Shown here: one piece after another, positions 29,345 through 40,323 of the stretch
Layout of the letters: the number at the start of each line of letters is the position of its first letter
How positions within the stretch are numbered: position 1 is the stretch's first letter
Source of the DNA: Alphaproteobacteria bacterium MarineAlpha9_Bin6
GTDB lineage: Bacteria > Pseudomonadota > Alphaproteobacteria > UBA7887
Assembly (NCBI GenBank): GCA_002937585.1
Contig: PTKE01000005.1
Coordinates: 1-62,024, forward strand
Reading direction: 5' to 3'
DNA length: 62,024 nt
Translations under genes and position numbers: made by a program
The notes under the pieces: generated by a model
What the model was told of the DNA's origin: nothing
Databases searched by the model: none
Seen by the model: the letters and a program-made list of their open reading frames with translations, nothing else

Positions 29345-30007
29345 TTAGCGGTTCGACCGTGGTGTGAGCTCTGGTGGTGCTTCCCCAGGGGCATATTGGT
29401 CTCCATTAACCCATGCGCCTTGCTGAAATTGCCCGGACCAAATTCTTCCGTCGGTAAATGTGACAACTCCATACCCGTCCATTTTATCGTATTTCCATTC
29501 GCCAACATACGTCCTTCCGTTTGACCATGTGTAAGTGCCATGACCATGGGATAAGCCGGCAAGAAACTCACCAACGTATTGATGGCCGTCTGGCCATATG
29601 TGGGTACCGTAACCTTCCGGTTTGCCGAATTTAAATCCACCAACGTATATTTGCCCGTCTGTCCAAGTCCAAGTCCCCTCACCGTGCGGGTGATCATTTG
29701 TAAATTGGCCTACATATTTTAGGCCGTCGGGCCGCGTATGAGTCCCCCGGCCATGCCGTCTATCGTCCTTCCACGTACCAACATACTTTTGTCCGTTAGG
29801 CCACGTTAGGGTTCCTTGGCCGTGCCTCTTATCATTTTTCCATTCGCCAGAGTATTCACCCCCATCTGGGCCTGTCCATATGGCCTGGCAGTTGTGCCAT
29901 ACGTTTTCATGGGATGAATCGCATGGAGAAAGGCTCCAAGCATCTGGTGTTCCTGAGAAGGCGAAGATGAATGAAATGAGGGCTAAAAATGGAGCGCGGA
30001 TCATCAA
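29345..30007 (-). CDS. Secreted MORN-repeat protein
   Basis: Signal peptide followed by about six 23-aa Y.G.W..G..HG.G..TW.DG repeats. Confidence 0.9.
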   Translation of the reverse strand: MMIRAPFLALISFIFAFSGTPDAWSLSPCDSSHENVWHNCQAIWTGPDGGEYSGEWKNDKRHGQGTLTWPNGQKYVGTWKDDRRHGRGTHTRPDGLKYVGQFTNDHPHGEGTWTWTDGQIYVGGFKFGKPEGYGTHIWPDGHQYVGEFLAGLSHGHGTYTWSNGRTYVGEWKYDKMDGYGVVTFTDGRIWSGQFQQGAWVNGDQYAPGEAPPELTPRSNR

Positions 30008-30108
30008 TCAAGTTGAACACGTTGATGTTCGAAAATCAAACGGCGTAACTGATGGAATAGGTTATGCTATTGAGGCACAACTCTACAGATAAACGAACAG
30101 GACTATTA

Positions 30109-31104
30109 ATGACTCGCTACTCAATACTCAACGCTATCAGTCTTATTTTTGTCCTATTTTCCGCTGTGACAGCGCCGATCCGGGGAGCTGAGCTTACGGT
30201 CGAGCCAACACATGTGACGGTTACGGCCGGCTCAATCGGCGGTAGCTACTTTGTCATGAATACGGCGATGTTCGATATCTTCTCGAAGCACATAGAAGGA
30301 TTGGCATACGCAATTGTACCCGGCGGTTCGGTCGCCAATCCAATTGCTATCAACAAGGGTGATGCTCAATTTGGTCTTTCTTTTACGAATGATCTGAAGT
30401 CTGCCGTTATTGGACAAGCGCCATATTCCGAACCACTTACTGAAATACGCGCTATTGCCAATGTCGGTTTTGAGGCGCGGTTGCATGTTTTTGTAGCAAC
30501 GGAGCTCGGGGTGCAATCTATGGAGGAACTAGTTACAGAAAAACCAAAACTCAGGGTGGATACTGGTCCTCGCGGGACGGGCTCGGAGTTAGCGGCAAAA
30601 CGGGTGCTTGAATTACATGGTTACAGCTATGAGGATATTAGAAATCGCGGGGGACGGGTGATTCATTCGCAATTCCGCGAGATGGTTGATCGCTTGAAGG
30701 ACGGCCACTTAAACGCGTTAATGTACAATGATTTACTTGGCGCACCGCTGTTTGCTGATTTAGTGTCGTCTCGAGATGTTAAGTTGTTATCACTGGAGGA
30801 GCGTGTCATTGGAATTCTTGCCGGAGATTTTGGCTACACACCGGGGATCATTCCCGCCGGTACGTATAAGGGTCAAAATAGTGATATCGCCACTATCAAA
30901 CGCCACACGATCTTCATCTGTCACAAGGATATGGCAGAGGACCTAGTCTACGTGATGACGAAGTTAATGTTTGAGTATCGAGATGATTTGGCATTGGCGT
31001 ACCGCGCATTTAATATTGAAGAGGATAAGGCAGCGGCTGACCTTCCTCTGCAACTTCATCCTGGCTCGGAGCGCTATTATCGTGAGCGTGGTTTGATCCA
31101 GTAG
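30109..31104 (+). CDS. TAXI-family TRAP transporter solute-binding protein
   Basis: Signal peptide, G..GG.Y, GGSVAN, G..G.G.E, IPAGTY.G, LHPG.ERYY.E.G. Confidence 0.9.
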   Translation: MTRYSILNAISLIFVLFSAVTAPIRGAELTVEPTHVTVTAGSIGGSYFVMNTAMFDIFSKHIEGLAYAIVPGGSVANPIAINKGDAQFGLSFTNDLKSAVIGQAPYSEPLTEIRAIANVGFEARLHVFVATELGVQSMEELVTEKPKLRVDTGPRGTGSELAAKRVLELHGYSYEDIRNRGGRVIHSQFREMVDRLKDGHLNALMYNDLLGAPLFADLVSSRDVKLLSLEERVIGILAGDFGYTPGIIPAGTYKGQNSDIATIKRHTIFICHKDMAEDLVYVMTKLMFEYRDDLALAYRAFNIEEDKAAADLPLQLHPGSERYYRERGLIQ

Positions 31105-31309
31105 GGGTGCCATCTCCGTTTTGAGTGGAGCGCCTTTACGGAATCCAACATCTGCTATTTTTAGGGCAGTGATGTCTGGTTCGATTCTGTTTTCTCATGA
31201 AAGGTCGATGTAAGTCGAGAATTGTTATTTGGGTCGAATTAGATTTTTGAATCGGCAGGAGGCTTCTGTTGTGAGGTCGTCTGGGTTGAAGGTTCTAATG
31301 GGACCGAAA

Positions 31310-33643
31310 ATGTTAGACACCGGCCACACAGCACACATTCAAACGAATTTTGATCAAAAGGAGGACGGGTTTACTGTGCTGATACGGTGGTGTGGCGTCG
31401 CAATAATCCTAGCCCACTTGTTTGCCGGTAGATTTGGTGGATTAGTGACGCAGTCCGTCCATCCAACAATCATTGCTATATACTTATTCATCTTGTTTTT
31501 GGCGTTCGGGTTGCCGGCGCTTGAAAAGACGGGGCGGGGGCGTTTAATCGAATTGAGCAAATTGGTTACTGCCAGTTTGCCAGTTTTCTACGTCTACTAT
31601 CGGCCTACTCTCCTCATCGGGGAATTTCCTTATCTTAATCCGCTCACGTCTTTTGATTGGATACTTGCCACGATAGCAATGGTAGGCATCGTGTTGGCGT
31701 CCTTACCATTAGCCCGCGGTTTTTTGAGTACTGCGTTCGCCCCACCAGGAGAGCCCGTGCAGGTTGGTGGTCAACGGGCACTTGTTGGGCGGCTTGGTGC
31801 GCTGCTTCGTTGGTTCGCTGTGGCGGTTATTCTCTATCACCTGGTGGCAGCGGCTGTTGGAGCTCCCGAAGTAATGAAGTTCCGTCCCACGCATGTGGCC
31901 ATGTACGTTTCCATGATCTTCTTGGTCTATGGGATCACAAAAGACCGACAAACAGACCATATCCCTTGGTATGACTGGGCATTGTTCATGCTGTCTTGGA
32001 TCCCCGTCCTCTACATTTATGGGAATTATAATTATGTAGTCGAACGCTATCCCTACATCACTGACCTGACCCCCATCGATTGGGTAGTTGCGATAATCGC
32101 AATTACGTTAGCAATGGAGTCGTGCCGACGTGCAATCGGCATCACCCTTGTCGCATTATTAGCCATTTTTTTGGTCCATGGTCTATTTGGGCCATATTTC
32201 CCTGGACCTCTCAACCAAGCCGCAGTCAGTCCGATGCGGTTTGTTGATCACTTGTTTCTTACGACACAAGGACTTTACGGCTCGATCACCGGGATTTCGG
32301 CGACTTATGTGCTGATGTTTGTACTTCTTGGTGCCGTGCTTGAACAAGCGCGCGGGGGAGATCTGTTTATGAACCTTGCTGCCGGACTGATGGGGAAGCA
32401 GCCGGGAGGGCCTGGCAAGGCTGCAGTCTTGGCGAGCGGATTATTTGGGTCTATCTCCGGCGCTGCGGTCGCAAACGTATACGCCACTGGTACATTTACA
32501 ATTCCTCTGATGATCAAGACCGGATTTAAGCCACGCTTTGCTGCGGCCGTAGAAGCGGTTGCTTCCGCAAGTGGTCAATTAGTGCCTCCGATCATGGGTT
32601 CTGCGGCTTTCCTCATCGCAGATTTCACGGGTACTCCGTATATAGAAGTGGCGAAAGCAGCGGCTCTACCCGCCTTTTTATACTTGTTCGCCGTGTATTT
32701 CATGGTTCATTTGGAAACCAAAAAATTTGGTTTGCCCTCAATGGAACTAGATCTTGTGCGGAAAGCACGTAGGGAAGTTCGTTTAGATATTCATATGATG
32801 TTGGTTTTGGTCATCGTTGTTATTCTGCTTGTTGACCGAACGACCCCGTTTTATGCGGCATTTGCTGGGGTTATTTGTACAGTATTGGTTTCATTTTTAC
32901 GATCGCGTACGCAACTTACCCTGCATGGTGTGCTGGATGCTTTCGAGGTTGGCGCGCGGCGCATCGCACCGATCGCTGCCGCACTCTTTATTGCTGCACT
33001 GGTGGTTGGCACGATCGAACTGAGCGGCCTTGGTCTCAGATTTACTTCAATACTGATAAATATTACCGGTGGAAATTTGTTGCTGACGTTGCTCTTAGTG
33101 ATGGTCAGCTGCATCATTTTGGGTATGGGGTTGCCCACTTCAGCGGCCTACATGATCGTTGCTATTTTTGGGGCACCAGCTCTCATCAAACTTGGGATCG
33201 AACCGTTAGCGGCACATTTCTTTGTTTTCTACTACGCGATCATATCGGCCATCACGCCACCGGTAGCGGTAGCCGCTTATGCTGCTGCGACGATCGCTGG
33301 TACGCCATTGCAGAAAACAGGGTTGACCGCGATGAAGCTTGGAGCAGCTGTCTACTTGGTTCCATTTGTGATGGTTTACAGTCCGGCCTTGTTGTCGGTT
33401 GGTGGGGTGGGAGAAATCATCCAAGCATTTGTTACGGGAGTGGTGGGCGTAGTCGCTTTAGCGACAGCGGTGCAAGGGTTTCTAATTATTAGTTTGACGA
33501 TACCCGAGCGGGTTTTGGCAGCTCTTGCCGCTGCATCTTTGTTACACGGTGATTGGCGTACCGATACTGTTGGCGCCGCAATTTTAGCGCTCATAGTTAT
33601 TACGCAAATGTATCGATCGAAGCACGATCGTTCAGTTGGCTAA
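31310..33643 (+). CDS. TRAP transporter fused (4TM/12TM) permease with duplicated N-terminal module
   Basis: GGPGKAAV.AS.LFG.ISG.AVANV..TGTFTIPLM, EAVAS..GQL.PPIMG, LGMGLPT.AAY, SAITPPVA.AAY. Start uncertain (ORF from 31229). Confidence 0.9.
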   Translation: MLDTGHTAHIQTNFDQKEDGFTVLIRWCGVAIILAHLFAGRFGGLVTQSVHPTIIAIYLFILFLAFGLPALEKTGRGRLIELSKLVTASLPVFYVYYRPTLLIGEFPYLNPLTSFDWILATIAMVGIVLASLPLARGFLSTAFAPPGEPVQVGGQRALVGRLGALLRWFAVAVILYHLVAAAVGAPEVMKFRPTHVAMYVSMIFLVYGITKDRQTDHIPWYDWALFMLSWIPVLYIYGNYNYVVERYPYITDLTPIDWVVAIIAITLAMESCRRAIGITLVALLAIFLVHGLFGPYFPGPLNQAAVSPMRFVDHLFLTTQGLYGSITGISATYVLMFVLLGAVLEQARGGDLFMNLAAGLMGKQPGGPGKAAVLASGLFGSISGAAVANVYATGTFTIPLMIKTGFKPRFAAAVEAVASASGQLVPPIMGSAAFLIADFTGTPYIEVAKAAALPAFLYLFAVYFMVHLETKKFGLPSMELDLVRKARREVRLDIHMMLVLVIVVILLVDRTTPFYAAFAGVICTVLVSFLRSRTQLTLHGVLDAFEVGARRIAPIAAALFIAALVVGTIELSGLGLRFTSILINITGGNLLLTLLLVMVSCIILGMGLPTSAAYMIVAIFGAPALIKLGIEPLAAHFFVFYYAIISAITPPVAVAAYAAATIAGTPLQKTGLTAMKLGAAVYLVPFVMVYSPALLSVGGVGEIIQAFVTGVVGVVALATAVQGFLIISLTIPERVLAALAAASLLHGDWRTDTVGAAILALIVITQMYRSKHDRSVG

Positions 33644-33762
33644 ACCACAACAATAAAACGATTTGCGCCTTAGCTGAGGACGACCACCTATTATGGGTAT
33701 TCTGCGTTATTCACGGCAGTGCCTTTTGTCCACACGCGCGGGAATATCGTATGATCCGACGT

Positions 33763-34413
33763 TTATTCGGCGTCTGGCTGGTTTTCCGGTGCGGCAGTGC
33801 GGAAGGTGTCCAATTCAAGACATTTTTTATTGATGCGAAGAATGGTTGGGTAGGTTGTAAGATCACAGTTAAATCGGCTGGCGTTAAATATTTGCGGTAC
33901 CAAGCATGCATCTGCTAGGCCGGGAATATCGCCATGGCAAAATGAGCCAGTGTCTGGGTGGTCTACAAGCATTGCTTCTAACGCGCTTAGCCCAGTCGAG
34001 ATCCAGTGCCTATACCAGTCCATCCGAGCGCTATCTTCCACGCCTAAAGTGTCGCTCAAATACTTCAATACCCGTAGGTTATTTAGAGGGTGGATATCGC
34101 AAGCGACCGATAAAGCGAGTGCTCGCACGCGAGCCCGAGCTTTCCGGCTTTTGGGGAGAAGCGGCGTTTCTGGATAGGATTCTTCGAGATATTCTATAAT
34201 CGCGAGCGATTGAGTGATGTAGGTTGGGCCGTCCTGTAAGGTGGGAACCAAAGCCTGGGGGTTGATTGAGCGGTATGCGGTTCCAAATTGTTTGCCACCA
34301 TCTCGGGTTAGGTGAACAGATTCAGACTCCCAGTCGAGCCTCTTAAGTTTTAGTGCGATACGGACGCGATACGCGGCTGAGGAACGAAAATAGCCGAAGA
34401 GTTTTAATGGCAT
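33763..34413 (-). CDS. maiA: Maleylacetoacetate/maleylpyruvate isomerase (GST zeta)
   Basis: YFRSSAAYRVRIAL, NPQ.LVP.L, QSLAIIEYL, CDIHPLNNLRVL, P..QPD. Confidence 0.92.
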   Translation of the reverse strand: MPLKLFGYFRSSAAYRVRIALKLKRLDWESESVHLTRDGGKQFGTAYRSINPQALVPTLQDGPTYITQSLAIIEYLEESYPETPLLPKSRKARARVRALALSVACDIHPLNNLRVLKYLSDTLGVEDSARMDWYRHWISTGLSALEAMLVDHPDTGSFCHGDIPGLADACLVPQIFNASRFNCDLTTYPTILRINKKCLELDTFRTAAPENQPDAE

Positions 34414-34696
34414 TGTTTTGCTCTTAGTTGGGCGTTATTTCGCGCGGCATTTAACCCTGTTCTCATTTATAAAACTGATTAGGGCTATACAAACCGCCGG
34501 TATGCCGCGCAGTAAAATGCCGACCCCATTCCCAGCTTCCCAAAACACCAACACTATAGCTCGTGAACTGCAGGTGAATTGTACGGTAGCTACTTGATGA
34601 TTTTTCTCTTATAGGCGTCCAAGTCAAACATTTTGGTATTTTGATAGATACCCAAACGGACCAGCAATCGTTTGTAATTTGGAAGGAAAAATTTAT

Positions 34697-35493
34697 ATGG
34701 CCGATCTTGAGGTAAACATGGATGGTGGGATTGCAACATTGACCATGAACAGACCGGAGGTGCGTAACGCCCTATCGATGGAAATGCGGCAATCATTAGA
34801 TGAAAACCCTACACCAACTTGAATTGGACGATAACGTACGATGTGTTGTGCTTACTGGTGCGGGCGATCATTTCATGGCTGGGGGAGATGTGCGGCAAAT
34901 GCATGATTACATTAGCAGTCATGAAGGTAAAGAAATCCAGAGGTATTTTCTTCACCGTATTCATGATCTGCATCCGATCATGTTTTCTATGCGGCGGATG
35001 TAAAAGCCGATCGTTGCGAAGGTTCGGGGGGCAGCCGCAGGTGCGGGTGTTTTTCTTGCCTCAGTATGTGATCTAGTAATTGCTGAAGAGGATTTTTTTT
35101 ACGTTGGCCTACTGTCATATCGGAACTACTCCAGATGGCCCCTCTTCTTTTCATTTGCCAAGAGCTATTGGCATAAAGCGAACCCTTGAAATGACGCTTC
35201 TCGGTGACCGCTACACCGCACGTCAAATGTCGGATATGGGGCTGGTAAATTTTGTTGTAGCGCCAGGGGATCTAGAGCAGGAAAGTGATAATCTTGTTCA
35301 ACGTCTGCCCCATGGGGCTACCCATGTATACGGGATGGCCAAAAAATTAATGTATCGGAGTTTAGAGAACGAGTTTGAGTCTCAATTACAACTTGAGAGT
35401 GAATGTTTCGCTGATTGCGCTGGTCGCGATGATTACCGTGAGGGGGTGGCTGCGTTTGTTGAGAAGCGTAAAGCGAGCTTCACCGGGGAATGA
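34697..35493 (+). pseudogene. Enoyl-CoA hydratase/isomerase (PaaG-like) pseudogene
   Basis: MADLEVNMDGGIATLTMNRPEVRNAL, then a frameshift in an A-run at ~34803-34806, an in-frame TAA at 35001 (M*KPIVAKVRGAAAGAG), a second frameshift in the T-run at ~35093-35100, and an intact C-terminus EGVAAFVEKRKA.F.G. Confidence 0.88.
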
Positions 35494-35730
35494 TCGAACA
35501 GCAGGTGTGCGGCGGACGGCTACTCCGATGCATTCATGGCATCCTAAGTCTTGCCATACGTGGAAATATAAAGGCTAGTCCAATAAAAATGCTGTATCGC
35601 TAGCAGATTAGGCAAGAGTCTAGGATCCTATGATATGACGTTTGCCGTTGTGTTTGGCCAAGTGGGGGATATTTGTTTGCACTCCAATTCGACTTCCTAT
35701 CGGAAGTCTTCGGTGTGAGGAGCTGAGGCT

Positions 35731-36753
35731 ATGACGAGCGATGAAAATCATCAGTGGAGACTGGCACGCAGACCTATCGGAAACATCCAGGACGGGGATC
35801 TCGTTTGGGACCAAGAATCTATCCCAAGCCCAAACGATGGAGAGGTGCTTGTTCGTACGATTTATCTCTCTCTAGATCCGACCAACCGCATCTGGATGAG
35901 TGATATGGATCAATACATGCCACCTGTCAAAATAGGTGAAGTCATGCGGGGTGGCGCCATGGGGGAGGTCCTCGAAACGAAGCATCCGGGTTACAAAGTG
36001 GGTGATATTGTGACTGGGTTATTGGGTTGGCAGACATATTCAACGGTGCATGGGGATAATATCCGTATGTCTATCCCTCACCAGAAAGGTACTCCGCTGC
36101 CAGCCTGGATGAGTGTATTGGGACTTACCGGAGTAACGGCCTATTTTGGGATGCTTGACATCTGCGAACCCAGACGAGGAGAAACGCTTGTCGTCACCGG
36201 TGCAGCTGGGGCCGTTGGCTCCATTGCTGGACAGATAGGTAAAATAAAGGGACTACGTGTGGTTGGGATTTCGGGCACGGACGCCAAATGTTTGTGGCTT
36301 AAAGAAAAGTGTGGATTTGACGCTACGATAAATTACAGATCTGCTGATGTTAGTGCTGCTCTGCGTACGAGCTGCCCAGACGGGATAGACTGTGTCTTCG
36401 AGAATGTTGGTGGCTCTGTCTTCGATGAAATACTTAGCCAAATTAACCTAAGGGCTCGGGTCGCGCTGTGTGGGCTGATCGGGCAATACAATGCGACTGA
36501 GGCGGTGCCGGGTCCCTATAGATTTGCTAATGTCTTGATGAAGCGCGCACGCATAGAGGGCTTTATAGTCAGCGATTTTGCGAAACGTTGGGGTGAAGCG
36601 ATTAAGGAGCTTTCTACCTGGTTGGCAGACGGAAAATTGACGTATAAGGTCGACATCGTAGACGGTCTCCAGAATGCCCCGACTGCCGTTAAAAAACTAT
36701 TCGACGGTTCGAATGACGGCAAACTGTTAGTACGTGTTGCAGCCGAACCCTAA
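35731..36753 (+). CDS. NADP-dependent alkenal/enone reductase (MDR, CurA/PTGR-like)
   Basis: LARRP.G, YLSLDP..R.WM, G.TG.TAYFG, GAAGAVGS..GQI.K..G, FENVGG, G.N.GK. Confidence 0.88.
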   Translation: MTSDENHQWRLARRPIGNIQDGDLVWDQESIPSPNDGEVLVRTIYLSLDPTNRIWMSDMDQYMPPVKIGEVMRGGAMGEVLETKHPGYKVGDIVTGLLGWQTYSTVHGDNIRMSIPHQKGTPLPAWMSVLGLTGVTAYFGMLDICEPRRGETLVVTGAAGAVGSIAGQIGKIKGLRVVGISGTDAKCLWLKEKCGFDATINYRSADVSAALRTSCPDGIDCVFENVGGSVFDEILSQINLRARVALCGLIGQYNATEAVPGPYRFANVLMKRARIEGFIVSDFAKRWGEAIKELSTWLADGKLTYKVDIVDGLQNAPTAVKKLFDGSNDGKLLVRVAAEP

Positions 36754-36899
36754 GTAAGGCTATTTGTTGGGGGCAAGGCGTGTCTAAAAGGCTGAATCTG
36801 GTTAACTTCCACCCCTTCTCTCCTTGGTGTAGGATGCGGTCCGCTACCCCTTCTGGATGGTTTTACTGGAGTGCTAAGATTTCGTATGAGGGGCGATAG

Positions 36900-37736
36900 A
36901 TGAGTGAACCAAGACCCAAGATCGTGCCCACGGCAGAGCCGTTAATGGCGGGCAAAAGGGGACTGATCATGGGAGTTGCGAACGATCGTTCTCTTGCCTG
37001 GGGTATCGCGCGTTCGGTCGCTGAGCACGGCGCAGAACTTGCATTTACATACCAGGGTGAGGCGTTGGCCCGTCGTGTCGGGCCACTCGCTGAATCACTT
37101 GGCTCGAATGTTGTGTTGCCATGTGACGTCAACGATGATGAGGCGCTGGATACAGTATTCGATGACATTGCCGGGCGTTGGGATGGTTTGGATTTTTTGG
37201 TCCACGCGATCGCTTTTTCCGACAAAGAAGAGCTGAAAGGTCGTTACGTTGATACTAGTCCCGGAAATTTTGCGCAGACAATGCAAGTTTCGTGTTACTC
37301 GTTTACAGCGATTTGTCGGCGTGCAGCTGCATTGATGCGGGAGGGTAGCAGTTTGTTGACTCTGACCTATTATGGAGCTGAGAGAGTTATCCCGCATTAC
37401 AATGTGATGGGAGTAGCTAAGGCTGCGCTGGAGGCAAGTGTGCGTTATTTGGCGGCAGATTTGGGTGGGGACGGTATTCGCGTAAATGCGATTTCGGCTG
37501 GACCAATTAAAACACTGGCGGCAAGCGGGGTCGGGGATTTTCGTTACATTCTGAAATGGAATGAGTTGAATTCACCGCTGCAGCGCAACGTCACAATCGA
37601 GGACGTGGGGGGAGCAGCTTTGTACTTGTTAAGTGATCTGAGTTCCGGGGTGACCGGTGAAGTGCACCACGTTGATTCAGGCTATCATGTGGTTGGCATG
37701 AAGAGACCCGACGCGCCCGACATTTCTACGGTGTAG
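36900..37736 (+). CDS. fabI: Enoyl-ACP reductase
   Basis: [37 protein letters not shown]. Confidence 0.96.
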   Translation: MSEPRPKIVPTAEPLMAGKRGLIMGVANDRSLAWGIARSVAEHGAELAFTYQGEALARRVGPLAESLGSNVVLPCDVNDDEALDTVFDDIAGRWDGLDFLVHAIAFSDKEELKGRYVDTSPGNFAQTMQVSCYSFTAICRRAAALMREGSSLLTLTYYGAERVIPHYNVMGVAKAALEASVRYLAADLGGDGIRVNAISAGPIKTLAASGVGDFRYILKWNELNSPLQRNVTIEDVGGAALYLLSDLSSGVTGEVHHVDSGYHVVGMKRPDAPDISTV

Positions 37737-37743
37737 TGGGCGA

Positions 37744-38826
37744 ATGCCAGGCAATAGCTTTGGACAGGCCTTTCGATTCACTACCTGGGGTGAAAGCCAT
37801 GGACCCGAAATAGGTTGTGTCATTGATGGAGTGCCACCTCGTCTTACACTCTCTGAAACAGACATTCAACATTGGCTAGACCGTCGCCGGCCAGGCCAAT
37901 CTCGATTTACTACACAACGACGCGAAGCCGACGTGGTCCAAATTGTTTCGGGTGTTTTTGATGGCGTGACGACCGGGACACCCATCGGGCTTGTCATTGA
38001 AAATACGGACCAGCGGCCGCGTGACTATAGTGAAATCGCGGAGAAATTCCGTCCGTCCCATGCTGATTACACCTACTCGAAAAAATATGGTGTGCGCGAT
38101 TATCGAGGTGGTGGTAGGGCGAGTGCGCGTGAAACGGCAATGCGTGTTGCTGCTGGTGCGGTCGCCCGCAAAGTGATCGGAGATGACGTAACGGTTCGGG
38201 GGGCATTGATTCAAATTGGCGAACAGCCGATCGACCGATCAGAATGGGATTGGGCGGAGGTTGAACGGAACCCATTCTGGTGCCCAGATGTGAAGACTTT
38301 AGCGAAATGGGAGACAACGCTTGAAGCGGTCCGCAAAGACGGGCTTTCGCTTGGTGCAGTGATCGAGATCGTAGCGAGTGGTGTTCCGGTGGGACTTGGC
38401 GAGCCAGTCTACGACAAATTGGATGGAGATCTTGCGAGGGGCATGATGACGATAAACGCGGTCAAAGGGGTAGAAATAGGGGCGGGCTTTGCAACTGCTG
38501 CTATGACCGGGGAACAAAATGCCGACGAAATGCGTGCGGGTACAGATGGTAAGCCGCGGTTTCTCAGTAACAATGCGGGCGGTGTGCTTGGTGGTTTGAG
38601 TACAGGTCAGGATGTAGTAGTGCGGTTTGCAGTCAAGCCAACGAGTTCAATTTTAAGGCCTATGCGTACAATAGACGATCGTGGCCGGGATACTGAAATT
38701 GTGACCCGGGGCCGCCATGATCCTTGTGTTGGCATCCGTGCTGTGCCAGTAGGAGAGGCCATGATGGCGTGTGTTCTCGCTGACCATATGATTCGCCATC
38801 GAGGCCAGATCGGCGCTTTCTCCTAA
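37744..38826 (+). CDS. aroC: Chorismate synthase
   Basis: GESHG, RRPGQS, RP.HAD, RGGGR.SARETA, GRHDPCV. Confidence 0.96.
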   Translation: MPGNSFGQAFRFTTWGESHGPEIGCVIDGVPPRLTLSETDIQHWLDRRRPGQSRFTTQRREADVVQIVSGVFDGVTTGTPIGLVIENTDQRPRDYSEIAEKFRPSHADYTYSKKYGVRDYRGGGRASARETAMRVAAGAVARKVIGDDVTVRGALIQIGEQPIDRSEWDWAEVERNPFWCPDVKTLAKWETTLEAVRKDGLSLGAVIEIVASGVPVGLGEPVYDKLDGDLARGMMTINAVKGVEIGAGFATAAMTGEQNADEMRAGTDGKPRFLSNNAGGVLGGLSTGQDVVVRFAVKPTSSILRPMRTIDDRGRDTEIVTRGRHDPCVGIRAVPVGEAMMACVLADHMIRHRGQIGAFS

Positions 38827-38974
38827 TGTCGGTCTAGTTCAGACTCATTGACTATGGAAAGTTAATTCTCTGCGTGGAACGTCGTTCAGCACTTTCGACG
38901 CGCTTTATTGCTTAGTGAATGTTTCTCTTTGCACGTCAATAAGTACGGTTCCGTGAAATGAAACTGATGGGCGT

Positions 38975-39739
38975 TTAGCGTCGAATAACCCAGTTATAAA
39001 AGCCTGAAAAAACTAATATCAGCAACGCCAAGGCAGCACCATCCATCAGATAAGGTCCCCAGACCCCCAAAATGCGCCCGCTATGAAGATCGAGGATAAC
39101 CCTTTCCCATGGCAGGCCGCGACCTCGGTATGCCCGCAACACATCATCTCCGATTGCTTTAGGTGTTGCGATCGTTTCTGTCCAATTAGGCACTCGATCG
39201 GCTTGTCGCCAGATTAAAAAGTCGGGATCGGTCGAAAAGATGCCCCTAGGAGTATCGATATAGGTGCTGCTCTCACGCCAACCTAGACGAAGAATTTTAG
39301 CCGGAAGGTTAACAATTTGTTCAATCAATCTTCCATTCGGGTCGAAGAGGTACAGGATGTCCTCGGTTGCGACGGCAAATATCCCCTGTGTCTGAAGTGC
39401 GCCCCTCACGAAGCCCGTGCGTTCGAAAATAAGTGTGCTGTTCAGAAAAAGGTGTCCATCCAGTTCGGTTATCCAATGCGTGCCAACCCGATAGCTTACT
39501 GGGGCGTTTTTTGGGGCAATGCCATACCAATCGAGCAGCCATTCGGTAGCGATATATCGTTGGTCGAGAGCCAATCGCTCCGCATGGTTTAGCGCTATGC
39601 CGGTGACCAGAAGTATCAAGAACAAGAGAGCAGCGGCAACGCCCAAACGGCCGTGCCAACGAAGAACGGAATACGCAAGTTGAATGCGTCGCCGATTAAA
39701 CATTCTTCCCTTGCGATTAGTCTGGGCTAATTTGCTCAT
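38975..39739 (-). CDS. PepSY-associated TM-helix membrane protein
   Basis: RWH.RLG...L..TGI.LNH at the N-terminus and LDLHSGR..G...MD..A....SG at the C-terminus (putative heme-ligating His). Confidence 0.8.
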   Translation of the reverse strand: MSKLAQTNRKGRMFNRRRIQLAYSVLRWHGRLGVAAALLFLILLVTGIALNHAERLALDQRYIATEWLLDWYGIAPKNAPVSYRVGTHWITELDGHLFLNSTLIFERTGFVRGALQTQGIFAVATEDILYLFDPNGRLIEQIVNLPAKILRLGWRESSTYIDTPRGIFSTDPDFLIWRQADRVPNWTETIATPKAIGDDVLRAYRGRGLPWERVILDLHSGRILGVWGPYLMDGAALALLILVFSGFYNWVIRR

Positions 39740-40259
39740 GAAGATACAGCGCCAGGCGCGATAGCCGAGTCAGAGCACTTACCGATAAGGTGGCGCCTGA
39801 AATGCCGTCGATTGAACGGCTGAGTCGGTGATTTTCGACTAGCCGCGCTCCTATAAATTGGTCTGTAAAAAATGAATGCCGCACTTCCCAACCGCGACTT
39901 TCACGGTAGATTAGCACGGTGACGCGTTCAATGTGCCCATCGTTGATGACGATACCTGTCGTTATAGGCTTGACCTTCCCGATTTCTTCCAGGATCCATG
40001 CGCTCCGAGTGCTTTGGGTCCAGTAACGTATACGCCTGGGGCCTTTACTGTGGGTCATTATTGCACGGGTATCTGCCCGGAGGCCTTTTGTGATCCACAA
40101 TACTTTTGGTTCGGGGACAGCGTTGGCAAATACCTCCACAAGGAAATCCTGTGGTGCCAAGTAAACTTGATCAGCCACCGTCGATGTGGGCCAGACACAT
40201 AACATGGTTAATAGGGTGAGCGAATGAAGATAAATTTTGTAACGAGCTATCATGTCCAA
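39717..40259 (-). CDS. Periplasmic FMN-binding (flavinylation-motif) protein
   Basis: Signal peptide, IGK..PIT, YRESRG.EV, F..QF.G, IDGISGATLS (DxxSGAT flavinylation motif). Confidence 0.85.
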   Translation of the reverse strand: MDMIARYKIYLHSLTLLTMLCVWPTSTVADQVYLAPQDFLVEVFANAVPEPKVLWITKGLRADTRAIMTHSKGPRRIRYWTQSTRSAWILEEIGKVKPITTGIVINDGHIERVTVLIYRESRGWEVRHSFFTDQFIGARLVENHRLSRSIDGISGATLSVSALTRLSRLALYLHEQISPD

Positions 40260-40323
40260 TGGCCGAGAATAAGGACAGGCCAGAAAGGGCCCTTCCTATG
40301 ATCCATTATCTACTGTCGGAAAT

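Noticed and set aside
29400-29880. Periodic DNA that might be a CRISPR or tandem array
   Set aside because: The ~69-bp period is explained by degenerate MORN protein repeats; there are no identical repeats with spacers.
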